Source: Candidatus Nomurabacteria bacterium RIFCSPHIGHO2_01_FULL_36_23 (GTDB taxonomy: Bacteria > Patescibacteriota > Minisyncoccia > Phycocordibacterales > UBA9973). Taken from it: DNA of 39,869 nt. How positions within the stretch are numbered: the stretch's first letter is position 1; every line of letters starts with the position of its first letter. The DNA is taken from assembly GCA_001786745.1 (NCBI GenBank), contig MFTF01000008.1, forward strand, positions 1-39,869. The letters run 5' to 3'. Shown here in pieces: positions 24,693 to 31,747 of the stretch. The notes beneath the pieces were generated by a model that was not told the DNA's origin, did no database searches, and was given only the letters and a program-made list of their open reading frames with translations. The translations under genes were made by a program, and so were the position numbers.

Positions 24693-24724
24693 CTCACTAT
24701 TTTATCAAAAAAAGTACTAAAAAT

Positions 24725-26875
24725 CTATTTCCTTGCCGCAATGATAGTTTCGGCAACATTTTGCGGAACAATATCGTAACGGAAGAATTCCATGGTGAAA
24801 GAAGCGCGGCCTTCGGTCATAGAACGCAGACCGGTCATATATCCGAACATTTCGGAAAGAGGCACAATAGCGCGAATAACTTTATTCATTCCTCTGTCTT
24901 CCATCCCTTCAATCAGCGCGCGCTTGGAAGAAAGATTGCCGGTAACATCGCCCATAAATTTTTCCGGAATAATAACTTCAACTTTCATCATGGGCTCTAG
25001 AATTACCGGAGTGGCTCTGCGACAAGCGTCTTGCACGGCCATACTTGAGGCAATTTTGAAAGCCATTTCGTTGGAATCCACTTCATGATAACTTCCATCC
25101 CAAAGTTCTACTGAAACATTGACCATTTTAAATCCAGCCAAAATTCCACGATCTAAACCTTCCTTGAATCCCTTTTCACAAGGCGCGATATATTCCTGCG
25201 GAATCATTCCTCCTCTAATAGAATTCACAAACTCAAAACCTGGTGATCTCTTGGTGTTTTTCGGTAAGTCTTCTAATTCTTCTTTTGTTAAGACGGTCAT
25301 TGGCTTTACTTTAATTTTTACGTGTCCATAGTTTCCACGTCCGCCGGATTGTTTAATATATTTGCCTTCTGCTTCAGCTGTGCCACTGATCGTCTCACGA
25401 TAAGCCACTTGCGGTTTGCCGACATTCGCCTCCACGGTAAATTCACGCTTCATTCTATCCACAATAATTTCTAAGTGTAATTCTCCCATACCAGCGATGA
25501 TAGTTTCCCCTGTTTCTTGGTCGGTGCTGACTTTAAAAGTGGGATCTTCTTGAGCCAGTCTATTTAAAGCCATTCCCATTTTTTCTTGGTCAGCTTTTGT
25601 CTTTGGTTCAATGCGAAGTGAAATAACTGGCTCGGGAAAAACAATTCTATCTAGAATGATTGGATTATTTTCATCACAAAGAGTATCTGAGGTAATAGTA
25701 TCTTTCAGACCCACCGCAGCTGCTATTTCTCCGGCAAAAACTTGTTTTACTTCTTCTCTGTCATTAGCGTGCATTCGTAAGATTCGGCCAATACGCTCTT
25801 TGTTGCGAGTACGCGGATTATAGACATAACTTCCAGCAGAGAGAATTCCTGAATATACACGAAAGAAAATAAGCTGGCCGACAAATGGATCGGTGGCAAC
25901 TTTAAAAGCAAGCGCCGCAAAAGGTTCTGAGTCAGAAGCATTTCTCGCAATTAGCTTGTCGTCATCATTTGGATCAATGCCCGGAATAGGCGGAATATCT
26001 GTCGGAGCTGGTAAGTAGTCCACTACGCCGTCGAGCACTAGTTGAATGCCTTTGTTTTTAAGCGCGGAACCGGCAAAAACTGGGAAAATTTTATTCGCGA
26101 TAACGGCTTTACGGAGAGTTTTCTTTAAGGTGTTAAAATCTGGAATCATACCCTCTAAATATTCTGTCATCATAACTTCATCTGTCTCAACTATTTTCTC
26201 CACAAGCTCAGAGTGATACTTTTCCGCATCGACCCTTAAATTTTCGGGAATATCTTTTTCTATAACTTTGTTCCCCATTTCTCCTTCAAAATAATATGCT
26301 TTCATGCGAAGAACATCAATGACTCCCTCAAACTTTTCTTCAAGCCCAATAGGAATCTGCATTCGGACAGCTTTTTTGCTTAGCCGGTCTAAAATTGTCG
26401 CATATGAATGTTCAAAAGAAGCGCCGATTCTATCCAGTTTATTAATAAAACAAATACGAGGCACTTTGGCTTCATCCGCATAGCGCCAATTTGTTTCCGA
26501 TTGCGGTTCCACTCCGGCCACGCCATCAAAAACAACAACGGCGCCATCCAGAACACGCAGAGAACGTTTTACTTCTACGGTAAAATCAATGTGTCCGGGA
26601 GTGTCAATAATATTAAAGCGATGCTTCTTATTTTTATCAGTGAGAGCGTATGTGGGTGTCCAAAAACATGTCACTGCGGCAGAGGTGATAGTAATACCGC
26701 GCTCCCTTTCTTGCTCCATCCAATCAGTAACCGTATCACCTTCATGAACTTCACCAATTTTATGCGATACACCAGTATAAAAAAGCACGCGTTCAGTCGT
26801 GGTCGTTTTACCCGCATCAATGTGCGCGATAATTCCAATATTCCTGACTTTTTCTAGGGGGTAATCTCGTTCCAT
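24725..26875 (-). CDS. fusA: elongation factor G
   Basis: [20 protein letters not shown]...DTPGHIDF...NKLDR. 716 aa. Confidence 0.98.
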   Translation of the reverse strand: MERDYPLEKVRNIGIIAHIDAGKTTTTERVLFYTGVSHKIGEVHEGDTVTDWMEQERERGITITSAAVTCFWTPTYALTDKNKKHRFNIIDTPGHIDFTVEVKRSLRVLDGAVVVFDGVAGVEPQSETNWRYADEAKVPRICFINKLDRIGASFEHSYATILDRLSKKAVRMQIPIGLEEKFEGVIDVLRMKAYYFEGEMGNKVIEKDIPENLRVDAEKYHSELVEKIVETDEVMMTEYLEGMIPDFNTLKKTLRKAVIANKIFPVFAGSALKNKGIQLVLDGVVDYLPAPTDIPPIPGIDPNDDDKLIARNASDSEPFAALAFKVATDPFVGQLIFFRVYSGILSAGSYVYNPRTRNKERIGRILRMHANDREEVKQVFAGEIAAAVGLKDTITSDTLCDENNPIILDRIVFPEPVISLRIEPKTKADQEKMGMALNRLAQEDPTFKVSTDQETGETIIAGMGELHLEIIVDRMKREFTVEANVGKPQVAYRETISGTAEAEGKYIKQSGGRGNYGHVKIKVKPMTVLTKEELEDLPKNTKRSPGFEFVNSIRGGMIPQEYIAPCEKGFKEGLDRGILAGFKMVNVSVELWDGSYHEVDSNEMAFKIASSMAVQDACRRATPVILEPMMKVEVIIPEKFMGDVTGNLSSKRALIEGMEDRGMNKVIRAIVPLSEMFGYMTGLRSMTEGRASFTMEFFRYDIVPQNVAETIIAARK

Positions 26876-26939
26876 ATATATTTCATAAGATTAAAATAAC
26901 CACTCCTCGCCTCGTAGGAAGCTTTGCTTTCCTTCGGGG

Positions 26940-26982
26940 TTCCAATATTTCTGACTTCCTCTAGTGGATAATCCCGTTCCAT
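26940..26982 (-). pseudogene. duplicated fusA 5' fragment (first 14 codons), 107 nt upstream of the real fusA start
   Basis: ATGGAACGGGATTATCCACTAGAGGAAGTCAGAAATATTGGAA versus the real ATGGAACGAGATTACCCCCTAGAAAAAGTCAGGAATATTGGAA. They match at 37 of 43 positions, and 5 of the 6 differences are synonymous. Confidence 0.85.
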
Positions 26983-27007
26983 ATAATAAAAAGCGCCTCA
27001 TGCGCTT
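26983..27007 (-). terminator. intrinsic terminator-like hairpin after the inserted two-gene island
   Basis: Minus strand reads AAGCGC-atgag-GCGCTT followed by TTTTATTAT. Confidence 0.5.
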
Positions 27008-27044
27008 GAAACACTATATATCATAAAGCTGTTTTTTGCAATAC

Positions 27045-27078
27045 ATAACAAAAATTTCCTTTTGGAAATTTTTGTTAT
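27045..27078. repeat. perfect 15-bp AT-rich hairpin with 4-nt loop
   Basis: ATAACAAAAATTTCC-tttt-GGAAATTTTTGTTAT, 17 nt beyond the stop of the 27096 ORF. Confidence 0.8.
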
Positions 27079-27095
27079 TATTATTTTCAGCGCTG

Positions 27096-27371
27096 CTAAA
27101 CAGAGTAACCCGGAACCTTATTCCAAGAAATTATTTGTGATGATTCTGGATTTATATTGTGTATGTCAACTCCAAAATCTTTTACAACACCACCATACAC
27201 TTCAGCCATTTTTTGTGCTTTTTGTTTGTTATCTTCTCCTTCATTAAAAGTTGCCAAAAATAATCTTTCGCCTTCACCTTCTAAAAAGGTTCCTTTCAGT
27301 TGCTCCTGTCTCTCTTTAACTCCTAATCCTTGTTCCATAAAATTTATATTTAATAAATTAATAATATCCAT
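27096..27371 (-). CDS. hypothetical small acidic protein
   Basis: MDIINLLNINFMEQGLGVKERQEQLKGTFLEGEGERLFLATFNEGEDNKQKAQKMAEVYGG... No family recognised. Track start 27392 (GTG) reads through a G9 tract. Confidence 0.4.
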   Translation of the reverse strand: MDIINLLNINFMEQGLGVKERQEQLKGTFLEGEGERLFLATFNEGEDNKQKAQKMAEVYGGVVKDFGVDIHNINPESSQIISWNKVPGYSV

Positions 27372-27378
27372 AAGTGTA

Positions 27379-27387
27379 CCCCCCCCC
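27379..27387. repeat. homopolymeric C9 (G9 on the coding strand) 8 nt upstream of ATG 27371
   Basis: taCCCCCCCCCgac in an AT-rich genome. Confidence 0.9.
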
Positions 27388-27428
27388 GACACAGAAAGTC
27401 AAGCAATCCTAAAAGCGCTTAGGGCTGA

Positions 27429-27468
27429 AACTATACATATATACGCGATAGCGTATATATGTATAGTT
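27429..27468. repeat. palindrome P1: 18-bp perfect inverted repeat with 4-nt loop, downstream of the Cas2-fold gene
   Basis: AACTATACATATATACGC-gata-GCGTATATATGTATAGTT. Confidence 0.9.
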
Positions 27469-27475
27469 ATGAATC

Positions 27476-27850
27476 TTATATATTATTCCCCTTCCCTGTA
27501 TATGCTTTTGCTAATTTGAATGTCTTCAGGTGCTCCGACAATCCAATTGCCTTTACATAATCTAAAAATTCTTTTGGTAAAGGCGAAGGTCCGACCCAAA
27601 TACTTCTTTGGATCATTATGTAATCAAAATTTTTAAGTTGCCGGCGAAACCAGTCCCTTTCCTTCTTTTTTTCTTCAGTGACGTCATACATCAAAATTAA
27701 ATTCTTCGGTAAATCTTTTGTAAAAGGAGAAGAAAAAGCGGTATGATAGAAATTTCTTTTTCTGTTCTTTTTCTTTATACGATTTTGCTTTTTGTATTTC
27801 AAAACTGGCAAGCCAAAAGCATTTACTCGCATCCCTTTATAATAAGTCAT
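27476..27850 (-). CDS. small Cas2-fold / PaaX-C-like protein with a very basic N-terminus
   Basis: LILMYDVTEEKKKERDWFRRQLKNFDYIMIQRSIWVGP matches the beta-alpha-beta pattern (hydrophobic strand-YD-...R...L...-Q.S.W/F) shared by Cas2, VapD and the PaaX effector domain. Pattern recognition only. Confidence 0.5.
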   Translation of the reverse strand: MTYYKGMRVNAFGLPVLKYKKQNRIKKKNRKRNFYHTAFSSPFTKDLPKNLILMYDVTEEKKKERDWFRRQLKNFDYIMIQRSIWVGPSPLPKEFLDYVKAIGLSEHLKTFKLAKAYTGKGNNI

Positions 27851-27856
27851 TCATTA

Positions 27857-27862
27857 ATTATA
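27857..27862 (-). promoter_or_regulatory. -10 box TATAAT, 6 nt upstream of ATG 27850
   Basis: Minus strand reads TATAAT-taatga-ATG. Palindrome P2 occupies the -35 region. Confidence 0.4.
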
Positions 27863-27869
27863 CACTGAT

Positions 27870-27899
27870 TACATATATACGCTATAGCGTAAATGTGTA
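27870..27899. repeat. palindrome P2: imperfect copy of P1 over the promoter of the Cas2-fold gene
   Basis: TACATATATACGCTATAGCGTAAATGTGTA shares the ACATATATACGC..GCGTA core with P1. Confidence 0.8.
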
Positions 27900-27940
27900 T
27901 AAATGTTTTTATTACAGAAAAACAGAAAGCTGTAGCTCCC

Positions 27941-28411
27941 CTACCAAGCAAGATGAGCAAAAGCTTTATTGGCTTCGGCCATTTTGTGCGTGTCTTCTTT
28001 CTTTTTAATAGCCGAACCTTCGTTCTTGGAAGCGGCGATTAATTCATCAGCCAATTTTAAATGCATTGGTTTACCTTTTCCACCACGGGCCGCATCGCGA
28101 ATCCATCGCATAGCTAAAGCAACACGGCGCTCAGCTCTGACTTCTATGGGCACCTGATAATTTGCGCCTCCGATGCGCTTGGAACGCACTTCAGTTGAAG
28201 GCCCAGTATTTCTCATTGCTAAATCAAAAATCTCAAGCGGATTTGGATTGCCTGTTTTTTCTTTAATTACATCAAAAGCTTTATATATAACTTTTCTGGA
28301 AGTTTCTTTTTTCCCGGACCACATAATATAGTTAATAAACTTCTCTAATTTTTGAGAATTGTAGATGAAGTCTGGTTCTACTATATTTCTATTTTTAACC
28401 TTGCGTCGCAT
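27941..28411 (-). CDS. rpsG: 30S ribosomal protein S7
   Basis: MRRKVKNRNIVEPDFIYNSQ...RIGGANYQVPIEV. Confidence 0.97.
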   Translation of the reverse strand: MRRKVKNRNIVEPDFIYNSQKLEKFINYIMWSGKKETSRKVIYKAFDVIKEKTGNPNPLEIFDLAMRNTGPSTEVRSKRIGGANYQVPIEVRAERRVALAMRWIRDAARGGKGKPMHLKLADELIAASKNEGSAIKKKEDTHKMAEANKAFAHLAW

Positions 28412-28413
28412 AA

Positions 28414-28839
28414 TTATTTTTTGTTATCTTTTTTGAGTTTTTTGTTTCCATATAAAGATCTGCCTTGTCTGCGTTTTTCAACTCCTTGGGTGTCTAAAAC
28501 TCCACGCACTATGTGATACCTTACTCCAATCAAATCTTTCACCCGTCCTCCGCGAAGCATGACCACTGAGTGCTCCTGTAAATTATGACCTTCTCCGGGA
28601 ATATAGGCCGTAACTTCCATACCATTGGTCAAACGCACCCTGGCGATCTTTCGCAGAGCTGAATTGGGTTTCTTGGGGGTTGTAGTTGAAACTTTTACGC
28701 AAACGCCACGCTTGAAAGGTGCTGGGGAAAAAACCGGTCGATTTTTTAAGACGTTAAATCCTTTAGCTAGAGCAACAGTCTTGTGTTTAGAATGAACTCT
28801 TGTCCTATTTTTTTTAATTAATTGATTGATTGTTGGCAT
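28414..28839 (-). CDS. rpsL: 30S ribosomal protein S12
   Basis: [10 protein letters not shown]...[20 protein letters not shown]. Confidence 0.97.
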   Translation of the reverse strand: MPTINQLIKKNRTRVHSKHKTVALAKGFNVLKNRPVFSPAPFKRGVCVKVSTTTPKKPNSALRKIARVRLTNGMEVTAYIPGEGHNLQEHSVVMLRGGRVKDLIGVRYHIVRGVLDTQGVEKRRQGRSLYGNKKLKKDNKK

Positions 28840-28855
28840 AATTTAAAACAGGCAT

Positions 28856-28904
28856 TAGGCTCTAGGCATTAACTAAAGCCTAAAACCCTAAAGCCTAGCG
28901 CCTA
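28856..28904. repeat. TAGGC-rich inverted repeat in the rpsL leader
   Basis: TAGGCTCTAGGC (28856-67) pairs with GCCTAGCGCCTA (28893-28904) at 11 of 12 positions. Several direct TAGGC/GCCTA units lie between the arms. Confidence 0.55.
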
Positions 28905-28921
28905 GCATACTATTTTAAAAA

Positions 28922-29563
28922 CTAAAACGCAAGCCCCGTAATGAGATGAAAAAGATAAGCCAAGATTGGATATAAATAATCAGAAAAGAAACCAATGAAA
29001 ATTAGTAGTAAAATCAAAGAATATTGCTCAAAAAATGAAATTGCCCTATAAAAAGATACGGGCAAAAAAGAAAAAAGTATTTTGGAACCGTCTAGGGGTG
29101 GGATTGGGATTAAATTAAATATTCCTAAGGCTAAATTCACTGCAACAATTATGAAAGTTATGACATAAAAAGGATGCGGGAAAATAGGATTATAAAAAGA
29201 CAAACCAAATGAAGAAGCAAGGCGGATAATAATTCCAAATAGAATTGCAATTGAGATATTCGCCAGAACTCCAGCCGAAGCTACGGCAATTGTCCCCCAT
29301 TTTTTATTAGTTAAATTATCCGGATTATACGGCACCGGCTTTGCCCAGCCAAATAAAAATGGAGAATGAGACAAAACAAGAAATGCCGGCAAAAGAATAG
29401 AACCAAAAAGATCTAGATGTTTCAGTGGATTAAGAGTAAGTCGTCCGGCATGTCGCGCTGTACTGTCGCCGAAATATTCCGCCATATATCCATGTGATAC
29501 TTCATGGATAACGACGGACATAACAAGTATAGCTATGTAAAAAATAGCGTCCGTTGCATTCAT
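28922..29563 (-). CDS. site-2 protease family (peptidase M50) membrane metalloprotease
   Basis: HEVSHGYMAEYFGD (HExxH) and multiple TM helices. Confidence 0.85.
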   Translation of the reverse strand: MNATDAIFYIAILVMSVVIHEVSHGYMAEYFGDSTARHAGRLTLNPLKHLDLFGSILLPAFLVLSHSPFLFGWAKPVPYNPDNLTNKKWGTIAVASAGVLANISIAILFGIIIRLASSFGLSFYNPIFPHPFYVITFIIVAVNLALGIFNLIPIPPLDGSKILFSFLPVSFYRAISFFEQYSLILLLIFIGFFSDYLYPILAYLFHLITGLAF

Positions 29564-29585
29564 ATCTTTAATTTAATAAAGGAAA

Positions 29586-29614
29586 TTGCATTTCCCTCTA
29601 GTCTATGATAGCAT
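29586..29614 (+). promoter_or_regulatory. sigma70-like promoter TTGCAT-17-TAGCAT, 7 nt upstream of the rpmB ATG
   Basis: TTGCAT ttccctctagtctatga TAGCAT gagtggg ATG. The -35 box lies inside the GGAAAT-tgc-ATTTCC palindrome (29581-29595). Confidence 0.4.
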
Positions 29615-29621
29615 GAGTGGG

Positions 29622-29870
29622 ATGAAAAAAGTATGTGCGATAACAAAAAAAGGTTCAATCGTAGGTGGCGGATATTCCAATAGAACCCGCGCCACTAAAT
29701 TTAATCCCACTGGTATGGTGCGAAAATATCCAAATCTTCAAAAGAAGAGAATTTTTATTCCTGAATTAAACAAATCTATTAACATCGAAGTTTCAACCCA
29801 AGGCATGCGCACCATGAAGAAAAACGGTGTCTACGCCACCCTCTTCAAAGCTGGGTTAATAAAGGGATAA
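29622..29870 (+). CDS. rpmB: 50S ribosomal protein L28
   Basis: MKKVCAITKKGSIVGGGYSNRTRATKFNPTGMVRKYPNLQKKR. ATG 29622 is preferred over the TTG at 29586. Confidence 0.9.
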   Translation: MKKVCAITKKGSIVGGGYSNRTRATKFNPTGMVRKYPNLQKKRIFIPELNKSINIEVSTQGMRTMKKNGVYATLFKAGLIKG

Positions 29871-29872
29871 AT

Positions 29873-29928
29873 TTACCCTGGCACAAAAGTAAGCGCTGTG
29901 CCTTTTTTGCCAGAACGACCAGTTCGAC
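29873..29928 (-). pseudogene. duplicated 3' end (last 17 codons plus stop) of the DEAD-box helicase gene
   Basis: Matches 30462-30517 at 51 of 56 positions. It still encodes RTGRSGKKGTALTFVPG*, and every difference inside complete codons is synonymous. Confidence 0.85.
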
Positions 29929-29934
29929 ACAAAA

Positions 29935-30171
29935 CTATTTTTTCTTTTTTAACAGAATCACTAATTCTTCTTTTGAAATATCTAAATCGGTCAAAATTCC
30001 CAAAAGTGTGCCCTTAGGAATTTCTTTGTTCCTGTGAATTGGAATAGTGATTTTCTTTCCGTTGGAATGTCGAAGCACGTGATGGCTGCCTTGTGTGTGA
30101 TCTAAGGCATATCCTATTCTTTGCAGAATTTTCAAAAGTTGTTTGCCTTTTACATTTGGCAGTTTAGGCAT
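29935..30171 (-). CDS. hicA: HicA-family mRNA interferase toxin (second copy)
   Basis: MPKLPNVKGKQLLKILQRIGYALDHTQGSHHVLRHSNGKKITIPIH. ATG 30171 is preferred. Confidence 0.8.
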   Translation of the reverse strand: MPKLPNVKGKQLLKILQRIGYALDHTQGSHHVLRHSNGKKITIPIHRNKEIPKGTLLGILTDLDISKEELVILLKKKK

Positions 30172-30418
30172 ACACCTTCCTGCTAGTAGAAAAAATCGGG
30201 ATCGAGACAGTTTCGATGGATTGAAGTCCATTATCGGCTGGAATTACATCCCCATGTTTAGAGCAAGAAAGAAGATAGCCCTCAATCGCTTCGTTTAGAT
30301 TCTTTTTTGTTTCTTCAATAGTTTTGCCATAAGTATGGCACCCCAAAAGGGTTGGCACAAAACCATGATATTGTTTACCGTCTTTTTCAATTATTGTACG
30401 AAATGAATAACTTTTCAT
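30164..30418 (-). CDS. hicB: HicB-family antitoxin (second copy)
   Basis: FRTIIEKDGKQYHGFVPTLLGCHTYGKTIEETKKNLNEAIEGYL. Overlaps hicA by 8 nt. Confidence 0.8.
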   Translation of the reverse strand: MKSYSFRTIIEKDGKQYHGFVPTLLGCHTYGKTIEETKKNLNEAIEGYLLSCSKHGDVIPADNGLQSIETVSIPIFSTSRKVYA

Positions 30419-30424
30419 ATTTAT

Positions 30425-30454
30425 AGTATATTAAAAATATACTACCAAAGTCAA
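30425..30454 (-). promoter_or_regulatory. sigma70-like promoter TTGACT-18-TATACT, 6 nt upstream of the hicB ATG 30418
   Basis: Minus strand reads TTGACT ttggtagtatatttttaa TATACT ataaat ATG. Confidence 0.5.
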
Positions 30455-30461
30455 CTAGAGA

Positions 30462-31517
30462 TTACCCTGGCACAAAGGTCAACGCTGTGCCTTTTTTGCC
30501 AGAACGACCAGTACGGCCGATGCGGTGAATGTAGGTGTTGTAAGTTTGTGGCACATCGTAGTTGATGACGTGCGTAACGTCTGGAATATCCAGTCCACGC
30601 GCGGCAACATCGGTCGCAATTAAAATATTTATGCGGTCTTTTTTAAAAGAATCAAGTATGCGGATGCGTTCTCGACTTCTCTTGTCGCCATGAATAGCTC
30701 CCACCTTGAATCCAAATTGAGATAATTCTTTAGCTAGAGAGTCTACGTTATGTTTCATTTCACGAAAAATCAACACTTTATCTGAGCCGTCTTTTTTTAA
30801 AACTTCATGTAATTTTTCTAATTTTTCTTCTTTGCTTCTGGTACGAATGACATCTTGATCAATATTTTTTAATGTTTCGCCTGAAATCACAGAAATAAAA
30901 ATTGGATCTTTTAAATATTGAGTTGTTAATTTTTTAATTTCCGGGGAAAGAGTCGCGGAAAAGAAGAGAGTTTGTCGTTCTTTTGAAGTTTTGCCGATTA
31001 TATAAATCATATCGTCGCGAAATCCCATATCGAGCATTCTGTCTGCTTCGTCCAGAACGACACTATGACATGTAGACAAATCCAAAATTTTTCTATCAAT
31101 CAAATCCCGCAGTCGCCCCGGTGTGCCGATAATAAAAGAGACCCCCATTTTTATTTCTCTAATTTGTTTCATAATCGGTAACCCCCCGACACATGCCACC
31201 GAAAACATTCCGAATCCAAAAGCCAGATTTTTAAAATCACTTTCTATTTGAAGCGCCAGTTCTCGAGTCGGCGCCATTATCAAAACCGTCTCTCTTTTGT
31301 TTTTTCCTTTGGTTTTGGAAATTTTTTCAATGAGAGGTAAAAGAAACGCCGCAGTTTTGCCTGTGCCGGTATTGGCCATGCCGAAAACATCCCTGCCTTC
31401 CATAACTGAAGAAATGGCTTGGTCCTGAATGGGCCTTGGATGAATGAATCCGGCTCGGGCAATATTTTTATGCAATTGCGGATTAAAAGGAAAATCCACA
31501 AAACTATGTTTGGACAC
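30462..31517 (-). CDS. DEAD-box ATP-dependent RNA helicase; the reading frame stays open 55 codons upstream to ATA 31682
   Basis: Motifs MANTGTGKT, PTRELA, VLDEADRMLDMGF, SAT and HRIGRTGR. The track start is GTG 31517, but the upstream in-frame stretch looks like part of the protein. Confidence 0.9.
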   Translation of the reverse strand: MSKHSFVDFPFNPQLHKNIARAGFIHPRPIQDQAISSVMEGRDVFGMANTGTGKTAAFLLPLIEKISKTKGKNKRETVLIMAPTRELALQIESDFKNLAFGFGMFSVACVGGLPIMKQIREIKMGVSFIIGTPGRLRDLIDRKILDLSTCHSVVLDEADRMLDMGFRDDMIYIIGKTSKERQTLFFSATLSPEIKKLTTQYLKDPIFISVISGETLKNIDQDVIRTRSKEEKLEKLHEVLKKDGSDKVLIFREMKHNVDSLAKELSQFGFKVGAIHGDKRSRERIRILDSFKKDRINILIATDVAARGLDIPDVTHVINYDVPQTYNTYIHRIGRTGRSGKKGTALTFVPG

Positions 31518-31688
31518 ATAGGGCTTTTCCTCTACAAAAATATTTTTCTTAATAAAACGTGAAAAATCTATCCGTTCGCCACGTCTTTTATTTGATTTTT
31601 TATTATTCCTATTCTTATAGTTGCCACTTTTGCCAAAACGAGAATGAGAATTGCTATGGAATTTTCTGAAAGTTTTAATTATGATTTT

Positions 31689-31717
31689 AATATAGCATTT
31701 TGATTAAAATTTGTCAA
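31689..31717 (-). promoter_or_regulatory. sigma70-like promoter TTGACA-17-TATATT, 6 nt upstream of the in-frame ATA 31682
   Basis: Minus strand reads TTGACA aattttaatcaaaatgc TATATT aaaatc ATA ATT AAA ACT TTC. Confidence 0.5.
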
Positions 31718-31739
31718 TGTTTCGTTAAATTTATATTAA
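31711..31739 (+). promoter_or_regulatory. sigma70-like promoter TTGTCA-17-TATTAA, 8 nt upstream of ATG 31748 (thyA)
   Basis: TTGTCA atgtttcgttaaattta TATTAA aagttata ATG. The heptamer TTGTCAA (31711-31717) serves as a -35 box on both strands. Confidence 0.45.
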
Positions 31740-31747
31740 AAGTTATA

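Noticed and set aside
26896-26939. A possible degenerate remnant of the rpsG 3' end between the fusA fragment and fusA
   Set aside because: Similarity to the real rpsG end is limited to AAGCTTT...CTTCGG (about 13 nt with an indel), which is too weak to call without a proper alignment.
27429-27899. The two related ~36-nt palindromic repeats next to a Cas2-like ORF as a possible mini CRISPR array
   Set aside because: There are only two copies, about 400 bp apart, and a protein-coding gene lies between them. There is no regular repeat-spacer periodicity and no other cas genes.
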